Positions 8,726-20,150 of a DNA stretch of 32,000 nucleotides are shown here, one piece after another. Position numbers and translations under genes: made by a program. The notes below the pieces were generated by a model, which made no database searches, was not told where the DNA came from, and saw only the letters and a program-made list of their open reading frames with translations. This DNA comes from Caedibacter taeniospiralis (GTDB lineage Bacteria; Pseudomonadota; Gammaproteobacteria; Francisellales; Francisellaceae): assembly GCF_002803295.2 (NCBI RefSeq), contig NZ_PGGB02000011.1, positions 77 through 32,076 of the forward strand, given 5' to 3'. Every line of letters begins with the position of its first letter. Position 1 is the stretch's first letter.

Positions 8726-10801
8726 TTACTGCACAGGGGCAAGTTTAATCTTGCCCATACGATCAATATTTTGCACCATGACTTTCATGTTTTTGCCTTC
8801 AGCCATCGTGTTTGGATTAACACCGATGCTCTCAAGCTCAGAAAATGGTAACAAGCCATCTTTTCCTGGCAGGATATTAACAAACGCACCAAAATCCAGG
8901 ACTTTTACCACTTTACCATTATACGTCTGACCAACTTCGGCACTCGCTGTTAATGCCATAATCTCCTCAATGGCGGCATTCAGTGCATCTTTGCTTCTTG
9001 CGAAAATTTTCACTTCACCATTGTCTGAAGTATCTATGGATGCTCCCGTTTTTTCAGTAATGCCTTTTATGGTAACGCCACCTTTACCGATCACATCACG
9101 AATTTTACTTGGATCAATGGTAATAACTTCCACTTGAGGTGCATTATTTGAGGTTTCTAATTTATATTCAGATATCACTTCATTCATAATGCCCAAAATA
9201 TGTAAGCGCCCTTCTTTGGCCTGATCCAAAGCTGCCTGCATGATCTTACGCGTAATACCCTTGATCTTGATGTCCATTTGAAGGGCGGTGACACCATAAC
9301 GCGTTCCAGCCACTTTAAAGTCCATATCGCCCAGATGATCTTCGTCACCCAGAATATCTGACAACACCGCGTACTTATCACCATCTTTAATAAGTCCCAT
9401 GGCAATACCCGCAACAGGAGCAGCCAACGGAATACCTGCATCCATCATTGCTAAGGATGAACCACAAACAGTGGCCATTGAGCTTGAACCATTTGACTCG
9501 GTAATTTCTGATACGACACGCACCACATAAGGATAAATTTCTTCGTTAGGGAAAACCGCTTGGGTTGCGCGTTTTGCCAGATTCGCATGCCCGATCTCAC
9601 GACGTTTAGGTGTACCTATCATGCCCGTTTCACCCACTGAGAATGGGGGAAAATTGTAATGCAGCATGTAACGATTTTTCTTATCACCACTTAAAGTTTC
9701 AACTAACTGCGCATCGCGATCATTGCCTAAGGTTGCAACCACGAGAGCCTGTGTTTCGCCACGCGTAAATAATGCAGATCCATGCGCCTTTGGCAATACC
9801 CCCGTGCGCACATTAATGGGTCTTACGGTACGCGTATCGCGTCCATCAATTCTTGGCAAACCACTTAAAATGTTTTTGCGTACAACCTCTCTTTCGATGT
9901 CGTGGAAAATGCTTTTTATCTCTTCAACGGAAACTTCTTCGGACTCAGTTTCATCAGCGACAATCGTTTCAACCACCGTTTTTCTTAAATTATTGATCAA
10001 CTCAACCCGTTTTTGTTTTTCGGTTTCTTGATATGCTGTTTTAATTTCACTATAGAAACGTGCTTTAATCTGCTCGTTTAACGCCTTATTTTCGACCTTA
10101 GGCGTAAAACTCCAACGAGGCTTTGCTGCATACTTCGCCAAGTGATTAATCGCATCAATCACTACTTGCATTTGTTGGTGACCGTATAACACAGCACCAA
10201 GCATGACCTCCTCTGGCAAGCTTTTCGCTTCCGATTCAACCATTAAGACAGCATCTTTAGTTCCTGCAACAACCAAATCTAAGTCTGAAATCTCTAATTT
10301 GGCAAAGGAAGGGTTGATGACATACTGCCCATCAATAAAACCAACACGCACACCTGCTACGGGTCCCTCAAACGGCACTCCCGATAATACCAGCGAAGCC
10401 GAAGCACCGATCAGCGCTGGAATATCAGGGGGAACCTCAGGATCAAAGGATAACACGGTCGCTACAATCTGAACTTCATTATAAAAACCTTCAGGAAACA
10501 ACGGTCGCAGTGGGCGGTCAATCAACCGAGCCGTCAATGTTTCATGCTCAGTTGGACGTCCTTCGCGACGAGGAAAACCACCAGGAATCTTACCTGCTGC
10601 ATACGACTTCTCTTGGTAATTCACTTTCAATGGGAAGAAATCAATACCTTGTTTAGCCTCTTTTTGCGCAGCAGTTGTTACTAATACAACGGTATCACCC
10701 ACGGTAACCACCACGGATCCTGCGGCTTGACGCGCCATTGCACCTGTTTCTAAAGTTACCTGATGTTGTCCTAACTGAAAGACTTCTTTAAATATTTTCA
10801 C
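8726..10801 (-). CDS. pnp: Polyribonucleotide nucleotidyltransferase
   Basis: 691 aa ORF: [19 protein letters not shown]-like ([13 protein letters not shown]), KH ([20 protein letters not shown]) and S1 ([19 protein letters not shown]) domains. Confidence 0.98.
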   Translation of the reverse strand: MKIFKEVFQLGQHQVTLETGAMARQAAGSVVVTVGDTVVLVTTAAQKEAKQGIDFFPLKVNYQEKSYAAGKIPGGFPRREGRPTEHETLTARLIDRPLRPLFPEGFYNEVQIVATVLSFDPEVPPDIPALIGASASLVLSGVPFEGPVAGVRVGFIDGQYVINPSFAKLEISDLDLVVAGTKDAVLMVESEAKSLPEEVMLGAVLYGHQQMQVVIDAINHLAKYAAKPRWSFTPKVENKALNEQIKARFYSEIKTAYQETEKQKRVELINNLRKTVVETIVADETESEEVSVEEIKSIFHDIEREVVRKNILSGLPRIDGRDTRTVRPINVRTGVLPKAHGSALFTRGETQALVVATLGNDRDAQLVETLSGDKKNRYMLHYNFPPFSVGETGMIGTPKRREIGHANLAKRATQAVFPNEEIYPYVVRVVSEITESNGSSSMATVCGSSLAMMDAGIPLAAPVAGIAMGLIKDGDKYAVLSDILGDEDHLGDMDFKVAGTRYGVTALQMDIKIKGITRKIMQAALDQAKEGRLHILGIMNEVISEYKLETSNNAPQVEVITIDPSKIRDVIGKGGVTIKGITEKTGASIDTSDNGEVKIFARSKDALNAAIEEIMALTASAEVGQTYNGKVVKVLDFGAFVNILPGKDGLLPFSELESIGVNPNTMAEGKNMKVMVQNIDRMGKIKLAPVQ

Positions 10802-10867
10802 TTGTTTGCCTTATTATCATTGTTTTGCGGTGTGTCGCGCGCTTAAACTATCCGATTCTCAAGCGCA

Positions 10868-11134
10868 CTATCTACGTAAACTTAAGCGCTCAATCAAGAC
10901 GCGATAACGCGCGATGTCTTTGCTTTTTAGATAGTCTAAAAGCTTGCGGCGTTGGCTGACCAGACGCAATAAGCCTCGTCTTGAGTGGAAATCCTGCTTG
11001 TGCGTCTCAAAATGACCTTGAAGACCCTCAATGCGAGCCGTCAATAACGCAACTTGTACTTCTGGTGAGCCTGTATCGCCTTCTGAACGCTGATATTCAG
11101 TCACGATCGATTGTTTGTGCTCGGTGCTTAACAT
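10868..11134 (-). CDS. rpsO: 30S ribosomal protein S15
   Basis: 88 aa: [34 protein letters not shown]-like sequence. Classic rpsO-pnp order. Confidence 0.97.
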   Translation of the reverse strand: MLSTEHKQSIVTEYQRSEGDTGSPEVQVALLTARIEGLQGHFETHKQDFHSRRGLLRLVSQRRKLLDYLKSKDIARYRVLIERLSLRR

Positions 11135-11276
11135 ATTATTTTCTCCTAAATTTTATTTCTTTTGTTAAACTTCCCATAAAGATACTGAACAAATTTGAAA
11201 TTTATCCAAACATCACGACAGTTTAGCAGCGCCGTATAATACATGCTTTTTAGAGAAACAACAAGCAAGCCAAAGC

Positions 11277-11930
11277 TTATTTTTTCCCAACTGAGTACTT
11301 TTGTTGGTACACTTTCATACGCTCAAGCAACTGTAATTCAATTTGTCCATTAAGCTTAAGATATTCAATTAAATCACTTAGATTTGCCACCGCGTGTACA
11401 GGAAACTGATATTCCTCTTCGACCATTTTAACTGCTGAAAGCGCTTGATTTGGCGCAATTTCCTGGCGATCCAATGCAACACAAACACCAACCACCTGTC
11501 CACCTTGCACCCCGATAACATTGATTGCCTCTTTGATTGCAGTCCCTGCGGTAATCACGTCATCTATGATTAGTACTTTTTTATCCTTAATGTCAGCTCC
11601 AACTAAAGCCCCACCTTCACCGTGATCCTTTTTCTCTTTGCGGTTATAACAAAAACCGACATTTTTACCGTACTTGCTGTATAAAATCGATGCCACCAAA
11701 GCAGCCAGTGAAATTCCTTTGTAAGCAGGACCAAACAACACATGAAACTCAGCATTGACTGATATAATTTTAGCGGCGTAGCATTCAGCCAGCTGGTGTA
11801 AGGTTTTTCCTTGGTTGAACATGCCTGCATTAAAAAAGTAAGGGCTGATTCGCCCTGACTTCAATATAAACTCACCAAATTTGAGGGCTGAGGCTTCAAT
11901 GGCAGCATCAAAAAAACGATAATCTTTCAT
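11277..11930 (-). CDS. pyrE: Orotate phosphoribosyltransferase
   Basis: LKFGEFILKSGRISPYFFNAG, GPAYKGISLAA, KDKKVLIIDDVITAGTAI (PRPP-binding). Confidence 0.96.
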   Translation of the reverse strand: MKDYRFFDAAIEASALKFGEFILKSGRISPYFFNAGMFNQGKTLHQLAECYAAKIISVNAEFHVLFGPAYKGISLAALVASILYSKYGKNVGFCYNRKEKKDHGEGGALVGADIKDKKVLIIDDVITAGTAIKEAINVIGVQGGQVVGVCVALDRQEIAPNQALSAVKMVEEEYQFPVHAVANLSDLIEYLKLNGQIELQLLERMKVYQQKYSVGKK

Positions 11931-12020
11931 ACCTATTTAACTACTTCACTTGGGTTAAAGTGGCATTACTATATATCACCCACGAGCGATTTTATAGTTG
12001 ATTTTTTAGCGACGTGTAGC

Positions 12021-13844
12021 TTATCTAAAAGCATGCCAAATTTGATCGGCAATCTGTTTACTGATACCCTTGATTTTTGCGATTTCATCCACGGATGCCG
12101 CCGATAACTCCTGCCAGCCACCAAAGTGACGAAGTAGTGCTTGCCTTCGCTTACTACCAACCCCTGGAATTGATTCTAATATTGATTCAGTCTGTCGTTT
12201 GGCAAGCTTTTTACGTTGAGCTTTAATCGCAAAATCGTGTGCGGCATCTCTGATTTGTCTTAGTAACAGAAAACCTGGATCATATTCTGGCAGGTGGTAA
12301 ACATGATCATCAAAGCCAAGAAATATATCTTCCTTGCCACTGATCCGCTCTACGCCTTTGCCAAGACTGACAAGTTGAATTCGCTCTTTTAAATTTTGTT
12401 GAATCATAACCTCTTGTGCTTTTCTTAGCTGCCCCTTACCACCGTCAATCACCATTACATCAGGCAGGTTATTTGCCTCCATCCCCGACTCAATCCGTCT
12501 TGTGACCGCCTGGGCAATGGCTGCATAATCATCCCCTGGCGTAATATTGTTGATGTTATAACGCCGATAAGCTGACTTTAGTGGTCCTGACTCATTAAAA
12601 ACAACACAGGATGCTATCGTCGCCTCTCCCTGATGATGACTAATATCAAAACACTCAATGCGTTTTATCTCTGATTTATTAAGCCATTTTGCTAAAGCCA
12701 CCATCCGCTCAGTAAATTGCTTTTTAGTATGAAAATTCATTTGTAATTTTTGTCGGGCGTTAACCATTGCAAGCTTTTGCCATTTGGCATTATCTGTACT
12801 AACCACATCTATCCACTTAATCTGACTGTCTGCCTTTTGATTAATGCTACTCAACAATTCTTTGGAAATAGCAATATCCTTAGGCACGATAACTTCTTTT
12901 GGCCACAGGGTGCGAAACTCTGCCAGGTAATAGTGTGATAGGAAAGCATTAAGAATTTCAGCCTGTGAGTTTCCTTCAACCGTAACAAACCAGTGTTTAT
13001 CATCCTCCACTTTCCCTTGCTGGATGCTTAATAAGCTAATACAGATTTTCTCTGACTCTTGCACTAAACCAATAACATGGAAATTTTTATTGTTTGTCTT
13101 ATCTAAAAACTGCTGCTGTTGTAGCTTTGTCAATAATATAAGCTGATCCCTTAGCTGACTTGCTTCCTCGAAAAGTTCATACTCAGAAGCCAGCTGCATT
13201 TTCTGTGAGACAGTCTCCAACACCGAGGTTAATTTACCGCTAATAAACTTTACCAATAAATCAACCTGTAATTTATATGCCTCTGGCGTAATTTTTCCGA
13301 CACAAGGAGCACTGCAGCGCTTTATCTGATACTGCAGGCACGGGCGTGAACGGTTGCTATAGTAGCTATCGTCACATTGCCTGATGGGAAATAATTTTTG
13401 CAATAAAACCAGCGTATCCTTCATCGATGACAATGATACATAAGGACCAAAGTAGAGTCCATTTTTGCGTGGCTTACCACGAAATCCAGTCAACCTTGGA
13501 AAGGTATGATCTGTCAGATGTAAATAAGGGTAGCTTTTGTCATCTTTGAATAAGATATTGTACTTGGGTTTATGCTTCTTAATTAATGTACTTTCCAGCA
13601 AAAACGCATCGTAATCACTTGGTGTCACGGTGACGTCAATAAAAGCAACCTGCTGAGCTAAAGTCTGCGTTTTAAGATCCTTAGCCCCTTTACTGAAGTA
13701 ACTGTTGACGCGCTTATATAAATTCTTTGCTTTTCCAACGTATAAGATAGTATGTGCCTTATCATACATGCGATACACGCCGGGATGTGTTGTAAGATTT
13801 TCCAAAAAAGAGACTAGATCAAAGGTGTCTTGCGTATTGAACAT
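12021..13844 (-). CDS. uvrC: UvrABC system protein C (excinuclease ABC subunit C)
   Basis: 607 aa: GVYRMYDKAHTILYVGKAKNLYKRVNSYF (GIY-YIG), ECFDISHHQGE, VIDGGKGQL, C-terminal HhH SIPGVGSKRRQALLRHFGG. Confidence 0.98.
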   Translation of the reverse strand: MFNTQDTFDLVSFLENLTTHPGVYRMYDKAHTILYVGKAKNLYKRVNSYFSKGAKDLKTQTLAQQVAFIDVTVTPSDYDAFLLESTLIKKHKPKYNILFKDDKSYPYLHLTDHTFPRLTGFRGKPRKNGLYFGPYVSLSSMKDTLVLLQKLFPIRQCDDSYYSNRSRPCLQYQIKRCSAPCVGKITPEAYKLQVDLLVKFISGKLTSVLETVSQKMQLASEYELFEEASQLRDQLILLTKLQQQQFLDKTNNKNFHVIGLVQESEKICISLLSIQQGKVEDDKHWFVTVEGNSQAEILNAFLSHYYLAEFRTLWPKEVIVPKDIAISKELLSSINQKADSQIKWIDVVSTDNAKWQKLAMVNARQKLQMNFHTKKQFTERMVALAKWLNKSEIKRIECFDISHHQGEATIASCVVFNESGPLKSAYRRYNINNITPGDDYAAIAQAVTRRIESGMEANNLPDVMVIDGGKGQLRKAQEVMIQQNLKERIQLVSLGKGVERISGKEDIFLGFDDHVYHLPEYDPGFLLLRQIRDAAHDFAIKAQRKKLAKRQTESILESIPGVGSKRRQALLRHFGGWQELSAASVDEIAKIKGISKQIADQIWHAFR

Positions 13845-13877
13845 GATAAGTTGTTATGATAGGAAACAAGTGGGTCT

Positions 13878-14528
13878 TTACCCTTGATTGCTTTCAAGAT
13901 CTATGAGTTTATGCCGAATGGCTAAGTGTGTCAGCTCCACATCACTATCGATACCCAGCTTTTCAAACAAACGGTAACGATAACTATTGACCGTTTTGGG
14001 ACTCAAACACAACTGATCTGCCACATCATTTACTTTTTGACCGCTAGTGATCATGATTAACACCTGCATCTCACGCTCAGAGAGCGCATCAAACGGCGAC
14101 TCATCGCTGTGGGTCAAATGTTTTAACGCAAGCTGTTGTGCAACTTCAGGCGAAAGATAGCGCCGCCCTGCATACACGGTTTTAATTGCCTGGATCATTT
14201 CATCCAAACTGGCACCCTTGGTCATATATCCACAAGCTCCAGCCTGCAACACACGACTTGGATAAGGCTCATCACCGTACACAGTAACCACTAATATTTT
14301 AATTTGAGGATAAACCTTGGCAATGCGCTTTGTCGCCTCTAAACCGCCCATTCCAGGCATTTTAACATCCATTAAAACAACATCTGGTAAGAGCCTTGAC
14401 GCCAATGAAATTGCTTCTTCCCCACTGGCGGCTTCGCCAATAATCTCAATGGTATTAACATCGCTTAACAGTTTTTTTATCCCTAGCCTCACTAATTCAT
14501 GATCATCAACCAAAAGCACTCTTATCAT
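13878..14528 (-). CDS. GacA/UvrY/LetA-type response regulator
   Basis: MIRVLLVDDHELVRLGIKKLL receiver plus LuxR-type HTH (LSEREMQVLIMITSGQKVNDVADQLCLSPKTVNSYRYRLFEKLG). Directly upstream of uvrC as in E. coli uvrY-uvrC. The ATG at 14528 is preferred to the upstream track start at 14579. Confidence 0.9.
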   Translation of the reverse strand: MIRVLLVDDHELVRLGIKKLLSDVNTIEIIGEAASGEEAISLASRLLPDVVLMDVKMPGMGGLEATKRIAKVYPQIKILVVTVYGDEPYPSRVLQAGACGYMTKGASLDEMIQAIKTVYAGRRYLSPEVAQQLALKHLTHSDESPFDALSEREMQVLIMITSGQKVNDVADQLCLSPKTVNSYRYRLFEKLGIDSDVELTHLAIRHKLIDLESNQG

Positions 14529-14786
14529 TACATTGCTCCTATGTGTTAAGTCTATCTCCCAAGCCATATACGCGCTCACTGTCTAATGGCACTATCCATT
14601 TTTTCTCAAGGGTTATTCAGCAAAATCCTCAAGTCTATGTGCGCTAATGCGTGTTTCATTTGTGAGATTTCGCCCACAGTATAAACCAAAAACCCCCGCG
14701 ATGCTGTAGAGATTTAGGCTTATTTTGCTTGTATTTCTGCTTTTTATTTGTAAGATGAGGCATTTACTACATGGCAACCTCCGTAA

Positions 14787-15944
14787 ATGATTACGAATAA
14801 TCAGGATTTGTGTACACTCGTTTTACAATTAATGCAGGAAAAAGTCATTGCACTTGATACCGAGTTTTATTGGCGAAACACCTATTATCCTGAGCTATGC
14901 CTCATTCAGATAGCAACTGCTGACAATATCTACCTGATTGATCCCTTATCAAAGGAGCTTGACCTGAACCTGCTGTGCCCTTTGTTTGCAAGCACCAACA
15001 CGCTAAAAATTATGCACGCAGCGGAAAATGACATCAAAATTCTAAAGCATTGTTTAAGCTGTCAGTTCCAAGCGGTTTTTGATACACAAATAGCCATGGC
15101 ATTTTTAGGACATGATCATCAGTTGTCCTTAGCACACACGCTAGCGTACTGTGGTTTTGGCGAGCTTAGTAAAGCTCATAAGTTATCAGACTGGCGCTAC
15201 AGACCATTATCTGAGTCACAATTAAAGTATGCCCAAGGTGATGTTGCTCACTTAATTGCATGTCAGTCATTACTCAATAACCAGCTTAAAAACACACCCT
15301 GGCTTGATGCCTTTTATCAAGAGATGGACATTATTCAACGTACTCAGTTTACTCATATCCGTGAGGCACCCTATAAATTTAAACATCAACTAGCTCGCCT
15401 TAACCCTGACGCCCAAAAAAATCTCATCCTGTTGGCTATCTGGCGTGAACAATACGCACAACATAAAAACAGAGTAACCCGCTATATTTTATCCGACCAG
15501 GAACTGATTAAGATTGCCAAACTCAATCCTCAGGATATTCAATCTCTTAGCAAAGATAAGTTACTTTCTCATAGTAAGATCCAGCGCCTTGGTCTTAGCA
15601 TTATCCAAGCCCTTCATGCAACACAGCAAACACCTGAAGTTTCAGATTATACGGAAACACACAACTTTAAAATCAGCACCGCCCTCCTTCACTGCTGTTT
15701 TGATTATTTAAATAACCTTGCCACAGAGTTTAACTTACCGCTTGCACTAATTGCCTCAAAACATGACCTTAAGAAATTTCTGTATATGAAGATCGCCAAA
15801 GCGGAGAATACTCCCACATCAAAACTTGGCACTGGATGGCGACTTCAGCACTTTGGTCATGCAATTTATGAATTTGCCCAGTGCCAACCTGAATTTTTTA
15901 TTTTACCAAACAGCCTTTCTGAAAATGAGAAATTTGACGACTAA
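14787..15944 (+). CDS. rnd: Ribonuclease D
   Basis: 385 aa: VIALDTEFYWRNTYYPELCLIQIA, KIMHAAENDIKIL, DWRYRPLSESQLKYAQGDVAHL, plus HRDC-like region. Confidence 0.93.
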   Translation: MITNNQDLCTLVLQLMQEKVIALDTEFYWRNTYYPELCLIQIATADNIYLIDPLSKELDLNLLCPLFASTNTLKIMHAAENDIKILKHCLSCQFQAVFDTQIAMAFLGHDHQLSLAHTLAYCGFGELSKAHKLSDWRYRPLSESQLKYAQGDVAHLIACQSLLNNQLKNTPWLDAFYQEMDIIQRTQFTHIREAPYKFKHQLARLNPDAQKNLILLAIWREQYAQHKNRVTRYILSDQELIKIAKLNPQDIQSLSKDKLLSHSKIQRLGLSIIQALHATQQTPEVSDYTETHNFKISTALLHCCFDYLNNLATEFNLPLALIASKHDLKKFLYMKIAKAENTPTSKLGTGWRLQHFGHAIYEFAQCQPEFFILPNSLSENEKFDD

Positions 15945-15950
15945 GGTGCT

Positions 15951-16658
15951 CTATAACGCCAGACCAATGCGCCTGGCAACCTCTTTATAATGTCCAATGA
16001 CATCACCTAAGTCTTGACGAAAACGGTCTTTATCAAAGACTTCCCTGGTTTTCCTGTCCCACAACCTGCAGCCATCTGGACTAAATTCATCGCCTAGTAG
16101 AATTTCATCATGAAAGCGACCAAATTCAAGCTTATAGTCAACCAGTAACAATCCAGAATCATCGAAGAGTTTAGATAATACTTCATTTACTTTGAATGTT
16201 GTTTTACGCATAAAGGCAATTTCAGACTCGCTCGCCCAGTTAAAAGCCAAAATATGTGATGTGTTGATCATAGGATCACCCAAGGCGTCATCTTTTAGGA
16301 AAAACTCAAATATGGGCTCCACAAATTTCATGCCTTTTTCAATTCCTAAACGTTTGCAAATACCCCCTGCAGCATAATTACGCACGACGCACTCAACAGG
16401 GATCATCTTAAGCTTCTTCATAAGGCTTTCATTGTCGCTCAAGATTTTAACAAAGTGCGTTTTAACTCCTGCTTCCTCAAGCTTTTGCATAATATAGGCA
16501 TTAAATAAATTATTAACCCGTCCTTTGTCTACCAAGCTCGCTTTTTTTACTCCATTAAAAGCCGTTGCATCATCACGATATTCAATAACCACTTCATCCT
16601 GATGATCGCTACTGTAGACCGATTTTGCTTTTCCTTGGTATATAAGCTCTTTAACCAT
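15951..16658 (-). CDS. purC: Phosphoribosylaminoimidazole-succinocarboxamide synthase
   Basis: YQGKAKSVYSSDHQDEVVIEYRDDATAFNG; LLVDYKLEFGRF; SPDGCRLWD. Confidence 0.96.
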   Translation of the reverse strand: MVKELIYQGKAKSVYSSDHQDEVVIEYRDDATAFNGVKKASLVDKGRVNNLFNAYIMQKLEEAGVKTHFVKILSDNESLMKKLKMIPVECVVRNYAAGGICKRLGIEKGMKFVEPIFEFFLKDDALGDPMINTSHILAFNWASESEIAFMRKTTFKVNEVLSKLFDDSGLLLVDYKLEFGRFHDEILLGDEFSPDGCRLWDRKTREVFDKDRFRQDLGDVIGHYKEVARRIGLAL

Positions 16659-16659
16659 C

Positions 16660-17742
16660 CTAATTTACCTTTTGCTGCTTGTTACTAAGGGGAATATGAG
16701 ATGCGATCACCGTCAAAACAGGTTTGGCTTTATCAATGGGAATCAATACTTGTTTCGTATCAAACAGCGACACACGTAACTGTTTTTGCTCTTCCCTAAA
16801 GAAATTATGCCAGTTGCTCATATCACTAAACAGTGAACCATTTTGCGTATATGGATACAGGTATAAAAGATAGCTTTGATTCTGAGCTGCGTCGTCAAAC
16901 AAAATCGTCTGTTCTTTTTCATCATACGCTATATATTTAAACCCTCCTGCCTCAATTGCCTCTTTCAGTGCCGTCTGTACCATAGAAGCATCACCTACAA
17001 ACACAATAGAGGCAACTTTATCATTCGTATACAGTTGGAACTTCAGCCCACTGCTTGTGCTAACAAAACCAAATTGCGCCTTTATCAGCGTCGATTCGCT
17101 GACCTTTTGTCCTCTGATATGCTGATCAATCAGCTCAACGACTTGACTTGCTTCTTTTTCAACTGCGGGTTTTTCATCCATGGCAAACAGGGATAATTCA
17201 GCACGTCTGAACTCATTTTTTACCCGTGCGATATAGACATAATAAGCTATCCCTGTCGCTTTATTTTTAACAATAAAACGACTGTTGTCCCTGTCTTCTT
17301 TTTCCAGCGTTAGCGATGGCAGTTTACTTTGCAAAGCTGCCTGAACAATGAGCCAGCTCAACTCATAAGGCTCATATATCATCAGTTTTGCCTGATCATC
17401 TTTATCATAGCTTAACTTAGTTGAAACGATGTAAAGCTGCTCTTGTTCAACCAGGCTGATATTATAGCCTGCGTCAAAATTAGGTGGCAGTAACGCATTT
17501 TGCGCAGCAGCCTGCTGATTTGTACTAAAGCTAGTTACGCCTTCTGGCACAACCAATGTTGGGTTTATATTGGGATCTTGTGACACTGATTCTGGTATTT
17601 CCAGTGGCTTATTCTGCTGAACAGGCTGACGCGCGTAATCGAAGTCACGATTACGGAAAAAATGACTAACCGAAGCACACCCCGCCAATGCACTCACACT
17701 TAATATTGCCAGCATACACAAGGTAATTTTATTAAATTTCAT
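16660..17742 (-). CDS. bamC: Outer membrane assembly lipoprotein BamC-like
   Basis: Lipoprotein signal LSVSALAGCASV; DYARQPVQQNKPLEIPESV near the N-terminus; immediately upstream of purC (bamC-purC order as in E. coli). Confidence 0.85.
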   Translation of the reverse strand: MKFNKITLCMLAILSVSALAGCASVSHFFRNRDFDYARQPVQQNKPLEIPESVSQDPNINPTLVVPEGVTSFSTNQQAAAQNALLPPNFDAGYNISLVEQEQLYIVSTKLSYDKDDQAKLMIYEPYELSWLIVQAALQSKLPSLTLEKEDRDNSRFIVKNKATGIAYYVYIARVKNEFRRAELSLFAMDEKPAVEKEASQVVELIDQHIRGQKVSESTLIKAQFGFVSTSSGLKFQLYTNDKVASIVFVGDASMVQTALKEAIEAGGFKYIAYDEKEQTILFDDAAQNQSYLLYLYPYTQNGSLFSDMSNWHNFFREEQKQLRVSLFDTKQVLIPIDKAKPVLTVIASHIPLSNKQQKVN

Positions 17743-17956
17743 GACTGTTTTACCTGGAAAAATGTAAGAGCATTATACACAAAGCAAACACTAATACGCA
17801 CTGTATTTTAGCGTAAAAACCACGTTAATTACCGTCTCCCATTGCACAGGGGAACTCCAACTTAATAACTTACCTCGTGATGAGCGTATTCACTCAATCC
17901 AATATTGATATATCCAGATACCAAGGGGATGTTATTAAGTTGGATAACCCCAAAGC

Positions 17957-18184
17957 ATGGCAATGGGCTTTACCAATATGATTATTATCGGTCTTGGAGG
18001 TCCAATACTCCAACCCGTCATTGGCTGGATATTAAGCTGGTATCAATCAGCCTATCAATGCACTGCCAACACCCTTGATGGATTCCAAACCGCGCTGTTC
18101 CCAATCCTTGTCGGTTTAGTTATTGCTGTACTTCTTGTGTGTATTCCTGCAAAACCAATGATCTTTTGCAGTGTGTCTCTTTAA
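17957..18184 (+). pseudogene. C-terminal remnant of an MFS transporter
   Basis: Frame encodes MAMGFTNMIIIGLGGPILQPVIGWILSWYQSA...GFQTALFPILVGLVIAVLLVCIPAKP. This matches the architecture of MFS TM11-12 (compare TATAVGFNNMFVLLG... in the intact MFS next door). An in-frame TAA at 17945 precedes it. Confidence 0.6.
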
Positions 18185-19436
18185 TTGCCAGCAAACCAAC
18201 CACAAAAGCAACGGCAAAAAACATGCTACACCCCACCGTTAATGCCACCTGATAACCATATACGCTAGTGCTGGCAGCACCACTTGCAAACTTCCCAAGC
18301 ACTATACCTGTCAGATTTTGTGCAAACCACACCCCTAATAACACAAACATATTGTTAAAGCCTACTGCCGTTGCCGTAAGCACCTGAGGAACATTTTCAA
18401 TTATCACCGCAAAGGATAGCGTCTGTGCACCAGCTGCGACACCCAACAGGAACATTAAAACAGAAAATAAACCATAGCTATCGATTGGTAACCAATTGAG
18501 CATTAAACTAATGACCACACCAAACACGGCACATGCTAACAATACTTTCTTACGGTTGCCTAATTTATCAGAAATTAAACCAACAAGGGGACTACCTAAG
18601 CCAAGCCCTAGCCACACAACTGACACGGCACCTGCTGAGATAGTTTGACTGAAAAAGTGCGCCAGATAACTGACACCACTCATTGAACCAATGACTTCTA
18701 CCGCGGGATATACAAATAAGGCGAAGATAGCGACCACCCATACTTGTCTTATCTTAATCAACATCAACATCTTTTCTTTAACGGTCATTGATAGTGCGAA
18801 CTTTGTCGATGAATCAGGCTTTTCTCTTAAGCTTTTAGGCTTATCTTTGACACATAAAAAGAAAAAAAATGCCAGCAACAATCCTAGACCAAATATCCAA
18901 TGAAAAACCAGGCGCCAATCATTATCCGTAACCACCAATAGCAACACAAATGGTGCACCAGCCAAAACTGGACCAATCATCCCTAATATCTGAGTCATCC
19001 CACCCATCACCCCTAAATATTGATGCGGGAACCAATCTAGAATAATTTTGAACATCATGGCAAAGGCAAATGCAGACCCCAAACCAATTGCAAAACGTCC
19101 TATCCAAGCCATCAAAGCTGTTGTTGCAATGCTAAAAAGTAATGCACCAAGTGCGGTAACGATAATCGCAAACGTGCCAACTCTTTTAACGCCATAGTGA
19201 TCAATCATCATACCCACAGGTAATTGCATTAGCGAATATGCTAGAAAATAGGCGGATGAAATACTACTCACCGTTAGCTCATCCAAATGAAGCTCTTGTG
19301 CAAAAATTGTATTCATCGATCCAAAGGATGCTCGGCAGAAAAACTCGTACAGAAAAAAAACACCAGCTAAGGCAAAAAAAAGCCAGCCTCTTAAGAGCTT
19401 ACGTGAAAAAAGTAAGTATTGAAATGAAGATGACAT
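18120..19436 (-). CDS. MFS transporter
   Basis: 438 aa, 12-TM-like ORF with MQLPVGMMIDHYGVKRV (loop 2-3 motif) and VGLISDKLGNRKK. Confidence 0.88.
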   Translation of the reverse strand: MSSSFQYLLFSRKLLRGWLFFALAGVFFLYEFFCRASFGSMNTIFAQELHLDELTVSSISSAYFLAYSLMQLPVGMMIDHYGVKRVGTFAIIVTALGALLFSIATTALMAWIGRFAIGLGSAFAFAMMFKIILDWFPHQYLGVMGGMTQILGMIGPVLAGAPFVLLLVVTDNDWRLVFHWIFGLGLLLAFFFFLCVKDKPKSLREKPDSSTKFALSMTVKEKMLMLIKIRQVWVVAIFALFVYPAVEVIGSMSGVSYLAHFFSQTISAGAVSVVWLGLGLGSPLVGLISDKLGNRKKVLLACAVFGVVISLMLNWLPIDSYGLFSVLMFLLGVAAGAQTLSFAVIIENVPQVLTATAVGFNNMFVLLGVWFAQNLTGIVLGKFASGAASTSVYGYQVALTVGCSMFFAVAFVVGLLAIKETHCKRSLVLQEYTQEVQQ

Positions 19437-19712
19437 TTGATAATTTTTTGCATTAAGAATGCGTCTAAACTACCACACTATAGAGGTACTTGCAAAATTA
19501 AAACTGCCTCTCCAACAACTCCCGCTAGCTTTTTTATTTTCAGGTCAGCTAATGATAATTTTTTGAAGACGAAAAAGCACCTCATCGCCATCTGGCGACA
19601 TTTCTAAAATTCATGTCACATCAAAGTTTGTACAAATTTCATAGCAGGGTAGGCAATCCGTCATTTTAGGCATGGACATTATACATCATTAAATTTGCCT
19701 GAAAATTAGTAC

Positions 19713-20150
19713 TTAGATAACCTTCAACGTAATATCCAATGAGTGCCCCTGGCGCAGCAGATATTGAATTCTCTTGTGCTTTTCCTTGAGATCATGCGGC
19801 TGATCATGATATTTTCTTTGGTAACACAACATAGCTTGCTCAAACCAGTCAATATTAAGCATTGCCAGCATTTTTTCGAGTATTGCACTTTCGATACCTT
19901 TTTCATACACAAGCTTCTGCTTGATTCGCAACAAACCATAATGTTTGCTCAGGCAATCACGCAGAACAAGCTCAGCATAGCGCTCATCAGATTGCCAATT
20001 ATTTTCAACAAACTCTGCTAACAACGTATCAATTTCCTCCAGTGATAGATTATTACGCAACATGAGCTTTCGCCTGAGTTGTGCAGAGGAGTACTCTTGT
20101 TTTGACAGTAGATAAAAAAGATAATCGCGTTCGTTTTTACTCTTCTGCAT
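19713..20150 (-). CDS. recX: Regulatory protein RecX
   Basis: [29 protein letters not shown]...[47 protein letters not shown]. Immediately downstream of, and overlapping, recA; the extended track ORF start (20501) lies inside recA. Confidence 0.9.
   Translation of the reverse strand: MQKSKNERDYLFYLLSKQEYSSAQLRRKLMLRNNLSLEEIDTLLAEFVENNWQSDERYAELVLRDCLSKHYGLLRIKQKLVYEKGIESAILEKMLAMLNIDWFEQAMLCYQRKYHDQPHDLKEKHKRIQYLLRQGHSLDITLKVI

Noticed and set aside
12750-12938. Plus-strand ORFs inside the uvrC region (12750..12938, 13705..13887)
   Set aside because: They are antisense to a strongly supported uvrC gene and their peptides show no domain character; treated as spurious.
15945-15950. Possible missing genes or RNA between rnd and purC
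   Set aside because: The two genes converge with only 6 nt between stop codons, leaving no room for another feature.
19482-19511. Imperfect inverted repeat AGAGG...CCTCT upstream of the MFS gene
   Set aside because: Only a 5-bp outer stem is perfect, with interior mismatches; too weak to call a functional element.
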